DNA of 64,000 nt from Eledone cirrhosa (Eukaryota): NCBI GenBank assembly GCA_964016885.1, contig OZ024740.1:313286001-313350000 (forward strand), in the 5' to 3' direction. Below, piece after piece: positions 26,033-38,410 of this stretch; the first letter of the stretch is position 1, and every line of letters starts with the position of its first letter. The position numbers and the translations under genes are program-made. The notes beneath the pieces are model-generated. The model did no database searches. It was not told the DNA's origin and was given only the letters and a program-made list of their open reading frames with translations.

Positions 26033-26556
26033 GGCTAACCAACCAGGCATGTGCAAACCACAATTTTAGAAGGTTGGCTGTGATGCAGATAAAATGAAGT
26101 GCTCAACAACATGTATAAATGGCACAAGCTGGAGCATTATAGTGTATTAAACAGATCAAAGTCCATATGCAGTGTGTTTAGGTTTATTTTTCTCTCTCTG
26201 ATACATATTTCGGCACAAAATATTTTTGGGAAGTTTTTTAATATTTAAGTTTTTCAAGTTGTGTGAATTGTTTTAAAGTTTTTTTATGCTGTCTGACTAT
26301 CGGAATTGGTAGGATGAAAACTATCTAGCTGTAGACCTTGGCGAAATGTGTAAGTGGAAGATAAAAATAAACTTAAATCAATTGCATATGGTCTTCAATC
26401 TATTTAATACTATATATATATATATTACGAAGAGTCAGGACCCCAACGGCTAAGCTCTTGCTGTTTCAACAGCTAGTATAGTCATACTCTACTCCCCCAA
26501 ATATTGAGTACTTTGGTGAGTAATGGTCTAACCAGTTTCAAACTGAATCCATCCTG

Positions 26557-26601
<45 letters not shown>

Positions 26602-26734
26602 TGTGTGTGTGTATATATATTTGATTCCAGAGTCAGGCCTGATCGATACAGATCATACCTTGAGCTGATCAATTGCAAAACATGCATCACACTTATTGAT
26701 GATACTTTGACACCTTGTTCCCACTCATTATATT

Positions 26735-27213
26735 ATGGATTGGCAGTATCGGTAGAGGGTCGGACGCCATGCTTTGACGCATAGAGTTACGGCCCTTGCC
26801 ATTCTGAGTTCAAATCCCGCCGAGGTTAACTTTGCCTTTCATCCTTACGGGGTCGAGAGCATTGGCCTTGCAATCGAAAGGTTGTGAGTTCAATTCTCAG
26901 ACCGGGTGATGTGTTGTTTCCTTGAGCAAGACACTTTATTTCACATTGCTCCAGTTTACTCAGCTGTAGAAATGAGATGATGGGTTCCCTATCATTCCAC
27001 TGCAAAGTGGTCGTGGAGGTGCCACGGCTAAAAACACCCAGCCCACACTGTAAAGTGGATGTGTAGGCGCCACGGAAAAAAGCACCCAGCACTCACTGTA
27101 AATGAGGTTGGTGTTAGGAAGGGCATCCAGCAGTAGAAATCAAGCCAGAATCAGTTCCCGTCCCACCCTTGCAAGCAGGGAAAAGCGGACGTAAAATGTT
27201 GATGATGATGATG
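26735..27213 (+). mobile_element. Chimera: family-1 SINE head + family-2 SINE + RTE 3' UTR
   Basis: SINE1 up to 'cggggtcg' (~26856), then 'agagcattggccttgcaatcgaaaggttgtgagttcaattc', then the RTE UTR ending in gatgatgat. Confidence 0.8.
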
Positions 27214-27959
27214 ATATGTGAACAAAGTAGTTGATTTAAACATTGGAAAAATTTTGAGATGTGTGTGTCCCAACTCGAATGACCATAAAAATAGTTGATC
27301 ACTATAAATCACAGTTGAGAAAATCAAGTAACATACCCCTGGAAACTGTTTATATATTATCATTTAATTACATCAAATAAGAGATCTGGTGGTGAAGGTT
27401 TGTCAATTAGTAAAACATCATAGAGACTGTAAATTAATTAATTGTGCTTTAGAATATAATTTTAGCTTTTCTATAAAACAATCTGACAAGGAGAGAATAC
27501 ATGGAACTCTAACTGTAGTGAATCTTATGGGATCTAATAATGATTTCTACTTTAGGCACAAGGCCAGAAATGTTTGCGTTGCTGGTGCTTTATTTTATCG
27601 ATCCTCTAAGGAGGAAAGACAAAGCTAACCTCGGCAGGATTTGAACTCAGGGCCATAACTCTATGTTGCAAAGCATAGTATCTGATGCTCTGGGATTTAA
27701 TAATGAAAACATTGTAATCTTTTAATTGTTAGAAAGGCAAGCTTTCTCTACTGAGTCTCATTTAGAAGTGTATTAGAGTAAAGCTAGAAATACTTTCATA
27801 TTCAAAAAATTATTACTGCTGATGTTACATATACATTACTACACTTTCACCTTTCATCATGATCGTTTCATCTTCGTCATCATTATCATCATCATCATCA
27901 TCATATCATCATCACCATTACCATTTTACATCTGTTGTTCCATACTCCCATGGGTTAGA

Positions 27960-28470
27960 CAGGTCCTTCTCGGTGCAGTATCTCTCTACTTGTCATGTTC
28001 ATTTGTCACCTCCTCTGTGAGCTTTAGTGATCTGAGATCAGCTCTCATCACCTCTGCCCAGACCTTCCTTGATCTTCCTCTATTGTGGCTTCCATCCACT
28101 GGGATTATTTGGCATTTCTTCACCCAGCAATCACATGTCCATACCAATGCAGTCTCCTTTCCTACATGCTACATCTGATTCCTCTTATACCCACTTTCTC
28201 CCTCAGTTCATCTATGCTTTGTTATTCTCATACATTAATATTGCACATCCATCAAAGCATGCTTGCCTTATTTCTTTCCAGCCTTCCCATGTCCTCTGTG
28301 TTCACTGTCCATGTCTCACTACCATGCAGCATGGCAGGTATCATGGCAGGTATCACTTCACACACAGGTATCATATAGCTGACTTTTCATTCGCAAGAGG
28401 AAACCTTTTTTGGTGAGCAGGGGTAGTAGTTCCCTAAACTTCTTCCATGCTGTCCTTATTCTAGCTATTT
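27960..28470 (-). mobile_element. RTE LINE fragment (same family as 48275)
   Basis: 'agttccctaaacttcttcca' and 'tctcactaccatgcagcat' match the RTE at 48660-48800. Confidence 0.8.
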
Positions 28471-29090
28471 TCATCATCATCATCATCATTGGTTAACATC
28501 CATTTTCCAGGCTAGCATGGGTTCAATGTGTTGTCATGTTATGTGACAAGTCAGGTCCAGAGACCATATTTTGCTCATATTAATCTGTATTTTGGCTTGG
28601 TATCTACAGCTGGATGCCATTCCTAACACCAAGCATGTTACAGTGTGGACTGGGTGCTTTTTGTGGTGACACCAGCATAACAAACTTACAGTGTGCACAG
28701 GGTGTTTTCTAATGTCACCAGCATGACCACCTTACAGTGATGAATGGGTGCTTTTTGTTGTGTCACCAGCATGACCACCTTACAGTGATGAATGGGTGCT
28801 TTTTGTTGTGTCACCAGCATAACCACCTTACAGTGTGGACAGAGTGCTTTCTGTTGTCACCAACATGACCACTTTACAGTGTGGATTGGGTGTTTTTTAT
28901 TATGGCACCAAAACGACCACTTTACATTGTGGACAGGGTGCTTTCTGTTGTCACCAGCATGACCACTTTACAGTGTGGACTAGGTACGTTTTGCTGTGTC
29001 ACCAGCATGACCACCTTACAAGGCAAACTAGGCACTTTTTGTTGTGTCACCAACATGACCACCTTACAGTGTGGACTGGATGCTTTTTCT
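28470..29090 (-). repeat. RTE 3' UTR whose ~41-bp subrepeat is expanded into a minisatellite (~11 units)
   Basis: Repeated 'gtcaccagcatgaccac(c/t)ttacagtgtggac..ggtgcttt' after 'ctacagctggatgccattcctaacacc'. Confidence 0.85.
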
Positions 29091-30553
29091 CACATCTATA
29101 TTTGGCTATTCTAGTTTAAACCAGCATACTAAGTAAATATACTGTGTAGAAGTAATATTACATATATATTAAGATTAAAACATGTCTATAGTTTTCACCA
29201 AGTTGTCTTATACACTAGTTTACCCTCATTGCATTATACTAAATGTTCCAAAAACTTCTTTGTCTTGTTTCATTCACACCTTTTAAAGGGAATTTACGGT
29301 TGAAATTGTGATGACAAATTGTGAATTTCTGTTTTTTTTTACATTCAACATATTCAGTCAGCATGACTTTATTTATATGTATACACCTTATGTAGAACAT
29401 TCGCTTCCAGTACCCTCCCCCACATCACACCTGTTGTTCATACACACACTCCATATACTGATTCACACACATACACACACAGACATCCCCCCACACACAT
29501 ACCTGTTGTTCACACACACACCATATACACACTCTCTCTCACTCACACAGACCACACACACTCACACACACACAGACAGACAGACAGCTCCCCTACACAA
29601 ACACACCATGCACTCACACACACCATACACAGACACACACAGCGACCCCCCCCCACACACACACACTATACACACCCCACACACACATCACAGACACCCC
29701 TCACACATACCACACTCACACCATACACGCTTATACACATACGCACCATACATACACATATAATATATGAATAGATTGTAGGTTAGGATTAGTAGAGAAT
29801 TAGATATCATATCCAATAGAATTCTGATTCTTACCTCTAAAAATTAAAATTTTAAAGTAGCTCAAATAAAAAAAATGGTAGAAATACACAGTCATGAACT
29901 ATAATATAATCCTCTACTTAGAACCTAATTTGACAATAATTAAACTTATACAGACAATATATTTGCAGTTTATGTAGCCTGGGGCAGACCTTAAATTTCA
30001 CCTCCCAGCCCTCAAGAGAAACATTACACAATATACAATACTAAAAAGTACTGCCCAGGACAGACTAACCCTTTCCCTCACACCATCTAGCTTTGTTACC
30101 ACATTCAAAAAGGCAATGAATATATACACGCAATATGGTTGGTCACACATCTCCTCTAGATGTGTTACTACATATTTAGCAATGAAGTGAATACACATAT
30201 TCAATATGATTGGTCACCCCCCCCCTCTAGTTCTGAGACCATTTATATAGAAATGCAGTGAATACATATATAGACTATGATTGGTCATAATTGTTATTCC
30301 TACCTGTACCACATACAAGTTTACTCTCACTATTTTTCCTTAATTACAAAAGTAATTTCTTTCTATAGTAAGTAAAACTTCTTCATTATCAATATATTTC
30401 AGTTATTAGGAAATCCATATACCCTATGACATCTTATACAGAGGATGTGTTCCTATGCAAGTTTTCAACCATTTAGGTGCAAAATTGTGGCCTACAACTT
30501 GGAACACATACAATGACTTAATTGACTTAAACACACACATATATATATTCGCA

Positions 30554-30957
30554 ATGTGCACTGGAATGACCTGTATCAACCATAATTTACCAAAACCATA
30601 GTGATTTCAAGAGGTTGACTGACGAGATGGGACTGTCCATCTTTCCGTTGTTTTTATTCCATTGTCTTTGTCCTGTGTGCTCCCTATTTTTAATATATAT
30701 ATGTATATGTCGTTAAAACAGGAAATATATATGTATATATATATATATAAAAATAATATAATGCTATATATATATATATATAGCATTATATTATTTATAT
30801 ATATATACATATATATATTAAAAATAGGGAGCACACAGGACAAAGACAATGGAATAAAAACAACGGAAAGACGGACAGTCCCATCTCCTCAGTCAACCTC
30901 TTGAAATCACTATGGTTTTGGTATTTTATGGTTGATACAGGTCATTCCAGTGCACAT
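30554..30957. repeat. Long near-perfect inverted repeat (~155-bp arms) with a nested central palindrome
   Basis: atgtgcactggaatgacctgtatcaacc... pairs with ...gttgatacaggtcattccagtgcacat; the mirror ORFs 30607- and 30662+ give nearly identical peptides. Confidence 0.95.
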
Positions 30958-31038
30958 ATATGTGAAAACTATCCCAAGTATCAAGTACTCTGGTGAGTAC
31001 TTGATACTTGGGATAGTTGTCATATATATATATAGCAT

Positions 31039-31228
31039 TGGTGGATTGGCAGTATCGGTAGAGAGTCGGACGCCATGTTTTACAGCATAGTTACGTCCCT
31101 TTACGGTCTGAGTTCAAATCCCGCCGAGGTTTACTTTGCCTTTCATCCTCACGGGGTCGATAAAATAAAGTACCAGTAATGCACTGGGTAATTGCTGGCC
31201 TTGTGCCTAAAGTAGAAACAATTATATT
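31039..31228 (+). mobile_element. Family-1 tRNA SINE (young-looking, CpGs intact)
   Basis: Near identical to 9346-9530. Confidence 0.9.
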
Positions 31229-31238
31229 ATTTATTTAT

Positions 31239-31642
31239 GAAGGTGCATGGCTTAGTGGTTAGAGCAATAGGCTTGCAATCGAAAGGTTGTGAGTTCAATT
31301 CTCGGACCGGATGATGTGTTATTTCCTTGAGCAAGAAACTTTATTTCACGTTGCTCCAGTTTACTCAGCTGAAAATGAGTACCAGCAATAGCTGGAGGTT
31401 TAACCCTGTGATGGACTGGCGTCCTGTTCAGGGGAAAGTCTTGTACTCTCAGTCACTTCACGCCATGAAACCAGGATAAGCACCGGCCAAATGAGCCTTC
31501 TGGCTTAAGACAGACTTTAGACTTACAGCCTGCCTACCAGCCAGTGGGATGGCATCATCGTATGGCTAAAACAGCATGTGCTGTGACCAGTGGCGCCGAA
31601 TGGCGCCCGACAGACTGGTCAGTCAAGGTGATCAAGGTGATA
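31239..31642 (+). mobile_element. Family-2 tRNA SINE, full length
   Basis: A box 'tggcttagtggttaga', B box 'gagttcaattc', 'ccttgagcaagaaactttatttcac', 'aaccctgtgatggactggcgtcc'. Confidence 0.85.
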
Positions 31643-32539
31643 TTATTTATTTATGTTCATACATGGAACAAAGGTGCTACCTAAGGTTTGAAGGTCCAAA
31701 TTTAACTATACTTCCAGAATAAAGTGGTATCAAATTTGCAACCATACTTCAGGTGCTTGTTGTCCTGTTGTGAGACAGGTTAGGTGACCATGTTTTGCTC
31801 ATAGAGAACTGATTTTGGCTTAGCTTCTATAACTGTATGCTCTTCTTAATGCCAAGATATATATATATATTACATATTAAAATTAAAATAAAACATCTAT
31901 TTATAGGACAAACCCCCCAAAATTTAGTCAATTTAATTTATATATTGATCTTCCTACCTTTGTGGAAGATGTAATGATTGGAAAAGACCAATAAATAGAA
32001 TTTTTCATTCAATTTTAATATGTAACATTGCTTCTCTGATTGATATTTTATCTATATATTTTATCCATTCATTGAGATATTTAAGTATTAGTGACTAATC
32101 AATATTTAATTATATGTCCCACCCTTGCAAGCAGGGAAAAGCGGATGTAAAATGATGCTGATGATGAAGATGATGACGACTATGATTATATATATCTATA
32201 TAGATATATACAATATTTAATATAGAAATAGCTTCTACAGAACTATATATATGCATATCATCATTTAATGTCTACTTTCTCTGCTAGCAAGAGTTGGATG
32301 GGTCTACAACATAGACCAAGTCAGTACTGAAGTGGGGTTACTGATCTTCCAGACAGGTTGAAGGGTCTGCAACCTGCTTATGTACAGTCATATGTTCTAT
32401 TGAATGCAGAGGAGAGGTTGTCTTCCCAACCCTTTGTTTGGCAAACTTTCTATGGCTGGATACCCTTCTTAACAGCAACCACTTTACACACACACACTAA
32501 CCCCATTCCTACTAAACTTATAAAAGTTACACTTACACC

Positions 32540-32975
32540 TTGCGAGCATGCTGATGCTGAGACTGCTCTGTTGGGCAGGTCATGTCTCACACGTGAATGA
32601 CTCTAGGATGCCAAAGGCAATTTTCTATGGTGAACTATGCCAAGGCAAGTGAAACCAAGCCCCCATGCCTCCCCTGAAAATGCTTCAAGGACCAACTCAA
32701 GTGCTAGCTGGTCCAAGGTAATATTGATTACAAGGAATAGGAACATCTGGCAGAAGACAGAGAGAAATGGAGAGCGACCATCAAAACAGCTGCAGCCAGC
32801 TTTGAAGAGGACAGGAAGGCAGCAGCTGAAGACAAACTTCAACTGACCAAATACACACTTGCCCCAACTGTACCAGAGCTTGCAGGTCCAGGATTGGCCT
32901 CTACAGCCACCTCAAGGTGTGCCACAGCATGGAACAGGACAACAATTCTTCCCACTGATCTTCGCAAATGAAGAA
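32540..32975 (+). mobile_element. RTE-BovB-like 3' fragment
   Basis: Degenerate 'WAGHVSR...MPKAIFYGELCQG...FKDQLK' and C-terminal TCPNCTRACRSRIGLYSHLKVC zinc-finger-like motif. Confidence 0.8.
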
Positions 32976-32990
32976 TTTATCATTCATTCT

Positions 32991-34004
32991 CACTTACACC
33001 TACACATACATTCACTTACACCAACACATACATTCACTTACACCAACACATACATTCACTTACACCAACACATACATTCACTTACACCAACACATACATT
33101 CACTTACACCAACACATACATCCACTTACACCAACACATACATTCACTTACACCAACACATACATCCACTTACACCTACACATACATTCACTTACACCAA
33201 CACATACATTCACTTACACCAACACATACATTCACTTACACCAACACATACATTCACTTACACCAACACATACATTCACTTACACCAACACATACATTCA
33301 CTTACACCAACACATACATCCACTTACACCAACACATACATCCACTTACACCAACACATACATCCACTTACACCTACACATACATTCACTTACACCAACA
33401 CATACATTCACTTACACCAACACATACATCCACTTACACCTACACATACATTCACTTACACCAACACATACATCCACTTACACCTACACATACATTCACT
33501 TACACCAACACATACATCCACTTACACCAACACATACATTCACTTACACCAACACATACATCCACTTACACCTACACATACATTCACTTACGCCAACACA
33601 TACATTCACTTACACCAACACATACATCCACTTACACCTACACATACATTCACTTACACCAACACATACATTCACTTACACCAACACATACATCCACTTA
33701 CACCAACACATACATCCACTTACACCTACACATACATTCACTTACACCAACACATACATTCACTTACACCAACACATACATTCACTTACACCAACACATA
33801 CATCCACTTACACCAACACATACATTCACTTACACCAACACATACATTCACTTACACCAACACATACATCCACTTACACCAACACATACATTCACTTACA
33901 CCAACACATACATTCACTTACACCAACACATACATCCACTTACACCAACACATACATTCACTTACACCAACACATACATTCACTTACACCAACACATACA
34001 TTCA
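32991..34004. repeat. 22-bp minisatellite (cacttacaccaacacatacatt), about 46 units
   Basis: Directly visible; explains the 382/357-aa periodic ORFs. Confidence 0.98.
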
Positions 34005-34204
34005 TGAGGTTATACTAATAATGCTTGTTTCTCTAAAATGAACAAGTATGAATATTATTAAAGTCACACAACTACTCAGATGCTTATGTGTGTATGCGTA
34101 TTTATGTGTGAGTGTGTGTATATATGTGTATGTATGTTTGTATGTATGTGTGTGTGTGTATGTTTGTATATGCATGTGTGTGTATATGTTTCTCTTTCTC
34201 TTAA

Positions 34205-35185
34205 TTTCAAGTACATTTTTGACTGGCCACCTTCCTGGTGGCAAGGTTGTAAAAGAAAAGAAATTGTCATCCCTTGAATCGCAAGAATGTTTTGCAAATT
34301 TTGAAGGTGCCAGCTATTGCAGCCATTTGTAGTCTATGAATTAGGGAGCTGCATTCTTTCTCTTCAAATCCAAGTTAGTTGGTATATAACATGTAGTTCC
34401 AATAATGATGGGTATGAAGCTGAAGGTGTATCTTGGACACTGGATCTGCAAACCCCTTATCAATGGTTCATAGATGTCCTCCTTTTCCTGTATCTTTTTT
34501 ACAATGTTGACATCAAGCACGTTTTCAATGTGTGGTCCCAAACAACAATATCAGGCCGGTTGTGCTTTAATTTGGTGGCTGTTTTTATTTTCAGATTCCA
34601 CCAGTATTCCTTAGTGCCATCTGTCTCAACATATTCCTCCTCATTTGTTTTTAATTTTGTTTTCCTAATTGCATTCCAGATGGTTCTAGCTATCACATCG
34701 TGTCTCATAGCGAGGTAGTAACGAAACAACATTCTTTCACAGTTGGCAACAATGTTGCTAACATCTTCGATCTTTGTTTTACATAGCCTACATTTATTGT
34801 CGACTGATGGCCCTCCTCTTTTGTGTAGAAGTTATTTGGTAGGGATTTCTTGTTTCTGTATTGCATAGAGATATTCTTCAAGGTGAGATGTTATAAATTT
34901 GTCGGAAGTCCATGCTAGGCTTTTTGAATGATTTATCCCCTCTACAGTCTGTGTTTTCCTCTCAGGTAGCCATGCACAACTTTCTCTGTAAATCGCTCCA
35001 TTTTTTTTATCTTGTTCGAACATTGAAGAGGATCTTCCAATGTTCCTGGGAGAGAGATTTATATCAGGCCTTATTCCATGTCCCTAATGGCTATCCTAAT
35101 GATATTATTTCCTTCATGCTCATAAACCTGGGAAAGATGGTTTCTGACCTTTTCTTTCTGTTGAAGATGCTGCTTCAGTGTTACT
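34205..35185 (-). mobile_element. R4/Dong-clade LINE 3' part (CCHC + restriction-like endonuclease), degenerate
   Basis: AIQKQEIPTK, YYLAMRHDVIA, KEYWWN...KHNRPDIVVWD, FIPIIIG. Confidence 0.88.
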
Positions 35186-35403
35186 ATATATGTATGTATG
35201 TTCTTCTGGTTTTATAATTTCACAAATTTTTGCCAATAAGGAGAGAGTGGGTTTCTAACATAGATACAAGATTCTCTCATTGGAATTTACACAACATCAA
35301 CTAAGTAGATTATGTCTGCATGCATAAGTATGGATGTTATTGTATGTGTGGATGTGTATGTTTTGTATGTGTGCATGTGTATATGCTTTGTATCTATACA
35401 TGT

Positions 35404-36970
35404 GTATATGCAGTTCTTAGATGCATAATTTTTGGAATGTTTTACATATTTTTACTGTTCCATTAATGGATTGTACTTGTAATTTCCTAATTAGTTGTGT
35501 TCTTTCTGTTCCTGTGAAGCCCAGCTTCTCAAGATTTGTATTGAGGCATCTATATATCCTAGTGCCCCAATAATCATAGGCATAAATCTGAAGGTAGAAT
35601 CAGGGTGGAGTATCTGCAGATTTCTCATTAGTTCTGCATAAATATTCTCCTTTTCACTAATCTTTGCTGGGCAGCTAATTTCCACTACTGCACATGCCTT
35701 CTTTTCCCTGTCCCATATCATTATATCTGGTCTGTTATGCCTGCATTTTATTGGGGTTTTTACTGGGACATTCCACCAGTACTCTTTCATATTATGTATA
35801 TGTATGTCCTCTACATTGCTGTAGCTTTTAATGTGTTTATTATCGAGGCTATCTTTTCTACGGATTGCATTGTACAGTGTTTTGGCAACTACATAGGTAG
35901 ATAGTACCGCGATGACATCCTTGGACAGCTGCTGATGACATGGATGATATCCTTGATGTTAGTTCTGCAGAGTCTGCACTTGTTATCACATCTAGGTGTT
36001 TTGCCTGCATCCCTATCTATTTTGTGAATCAGGTATTTCGTGTTGATTTCCTCTTCTTGGATTGCAAAAGCATATCTTTCAAAGTGGGAACCAATATAGC
36101 GGTTGTTGGTCCAAGATAGACTACTTTCCTTATCTATATTACTCTCAATCTGGAGCTTCCTGGCAATATATCCATGCATGATTTTTTGCTGATAAGCATG
36201 CAGTTTTTCATCAATGGATTCACTGCGATACTGCTGAGCGACTTCCCTGGGTGTGAGTTTTTGATTATCACGCAGGGAATATCTTTCGAGGAGTTCCTTC
36301 CCAACTCTCATGATCTTATTTGTTTCATGCAGATGGACTTGCTCGAGAGACGGGCTCCTACGCTTCGAGGTTCGTAGATGTTGTCGGAGAGATAAAATGC
36401 TGTCTGGACTGATGTTAGGCCTCTGCCTCCCTGCTTACATTTCAAGTAAAGGCGGTCTATGCCACTGTTGATGTGGAAGTTTCCAGTGTTGATTAGTATT
36501 TTTCGAGTTCTAACATCAATTGCTCAGATTTCGTCTATCATCCAATTGAGTATTCCAAACATTGGTGTTAGGACCGGTACAGCAAACATATTGTGAGCCA
36601 CTGTTTTATTGTGTACAAAGAGTTCCGATGACCATATTTTTCTTAATCGAGTGTAGTATTCCCTGGTTACGCATTCCTTATTACAGATACCATTATAGGA
36701 TATGTTCTCATCTATCCCCAGGTATCTGTAGCAGTCCTCATCAGATATCGGTGAAACAGTTAGGCCATTGATGACAATGTTGCTAGATTGGGTTGTTGTT
36801 TTTCCCTGCTTTACAGTCATATATGAGCATTTATCTTGGCCAAACTCCATTCCTATATCCTTTGAGAATGGTGTGACCAGGTCAAGATTTTTCTTCATCC
36901 CATCCATGTTCTTGGCATAGAGTTTCAGATCATCCACAAAGAAATTGTGGGTTAGGTTTGTATTTCTGGC
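35404..36970 (-). mobile_element. R4/Dong-clade LINE 3' half (end of RT + CCHC + REL endonuclease)
   Basis: THNFFVDDLKLYA, YRYLGIDEN, KCRLC...HVISSCP...YYLPM, EYWWN...RHNRPDIMIWD...VVEISCP. Confidence 0.92.
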
Positions 36971-37131
36971 CTATGTATGTATGGATGGATGTGTGTGTAT
37001 ATGTGTGAGAGTAACATCAAATTGTCCCTATTTCAACAAACAACCCTCACACCCACAAATTAAGACTTGAAATCAAATTCTATAGTTTACTATTGTTGTG
37101 ACTAACCTTACTACTGTCTTTCTGCTCTATT

Positions 37132-37582
37132 TCATCACCACCACAAATACTACCACCACCACTACTACCACCACTATCACTACCACTACCACCAGCACCA
37201 CTACCACCACCATCACCACCACCACCACCATTACTACCACAACTACCACTATAACTACTACCACCATCTCTACTACCACCACAACTACTACTACCACCAC
37301 CACTACCACCACAACCACTATCACTACCACCAGCACCACTACTTCAACTACTACTACCATCACCACCACCTCCACCACCATACTACTACCACCACCACTA
37401 CTACCAATGTCATCACCATTACAAATACCACCACCACTACTACCACCACTAGCAGTACTTCCACAACCACCACCACCACTACTACCACTACCACCACCAT
37501 TACAACTACCACCACCACTATTATCATCACTAGCAGTACTACCACAACCACCACCAAAACTACTACCACCACTACTACTACA
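37132..37582. repeat. (CAC/TAC)n low-complexity tract
   Basis: Directly visible. Confidence 0.95.
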
Positions 37583-38410
37583 GTTACTAAACTGAAAAGA
37601 TTTTATAGTTATTTTCCCTCCATAATTTGTACTGTCTATCTTTTGGTGATTATACCTATATATATTGATATAGATGTGTATGTGTGAGTGTGGTGAGTGT
37701 GTGTGTGTGAGTATATGTGTGGGAGTGAGACAGAGAGAGAGCATTTTTGTGTAATGTGTATATGTGTGATATGTGTGTGTGGGAGGAGGCAAGTGTATAT
37801 GTATGTATGTATGTATATGTGTGTATGTGTATGAATGTGTTGTATGTTTATATGAATATATTTGTGAATATGAATATGTATATATGTGTATGAATGTATC
37901 ATATGTGCATGTGTATGAATGTGTTATATGTATATGTGTAAATGTGTATGTATGTATGAATGTGCAATATGTATATATGTGTATATGCATATATGTGTAT
38001 GAATGTGTTATATGTGAGTATGTATGTATATATGTGTATATGTGTAGGAATGTGTAAAAATGTGTATATGTGTATATGTGCATATGTATATGTATGTGTA
38101 TATATACATGACTGTATAATATATGTGTAGAGTGTATTATTCATGTCTTTTGTAAGGAACAATTATTCCTAGGTAGACATATTATATATATCTTACCAGA
38201 TTGTTCCAGTATTTTCTGCTCTAATAGTTATATCATGATGTCCCTAACTAATCCTGCTATACAAATATGATTAATATATGTTTCTTATTGTTATATATGC
38301 GTTTAGAATTTGTTATATATACCGTCCTTTTCTTGATGTCAGCCCTTGTAGCCAATAAAGAAATCATTATATAATAATAATTATAATAATAATAATAATA
38401 ATAATAATAA

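Noticed and set aside
28620-29090. CRISPR-like regular repeats (also 49870-50222 and 56340-56900)
   Set aside because: No unique spacers, no cas genes and a eukaryotic context; these are tandem repeats.
32859-34041. 382-aa and 357-aa ORFs
   Set aside because: Translations of a stop-free 22-bp minisatellite.
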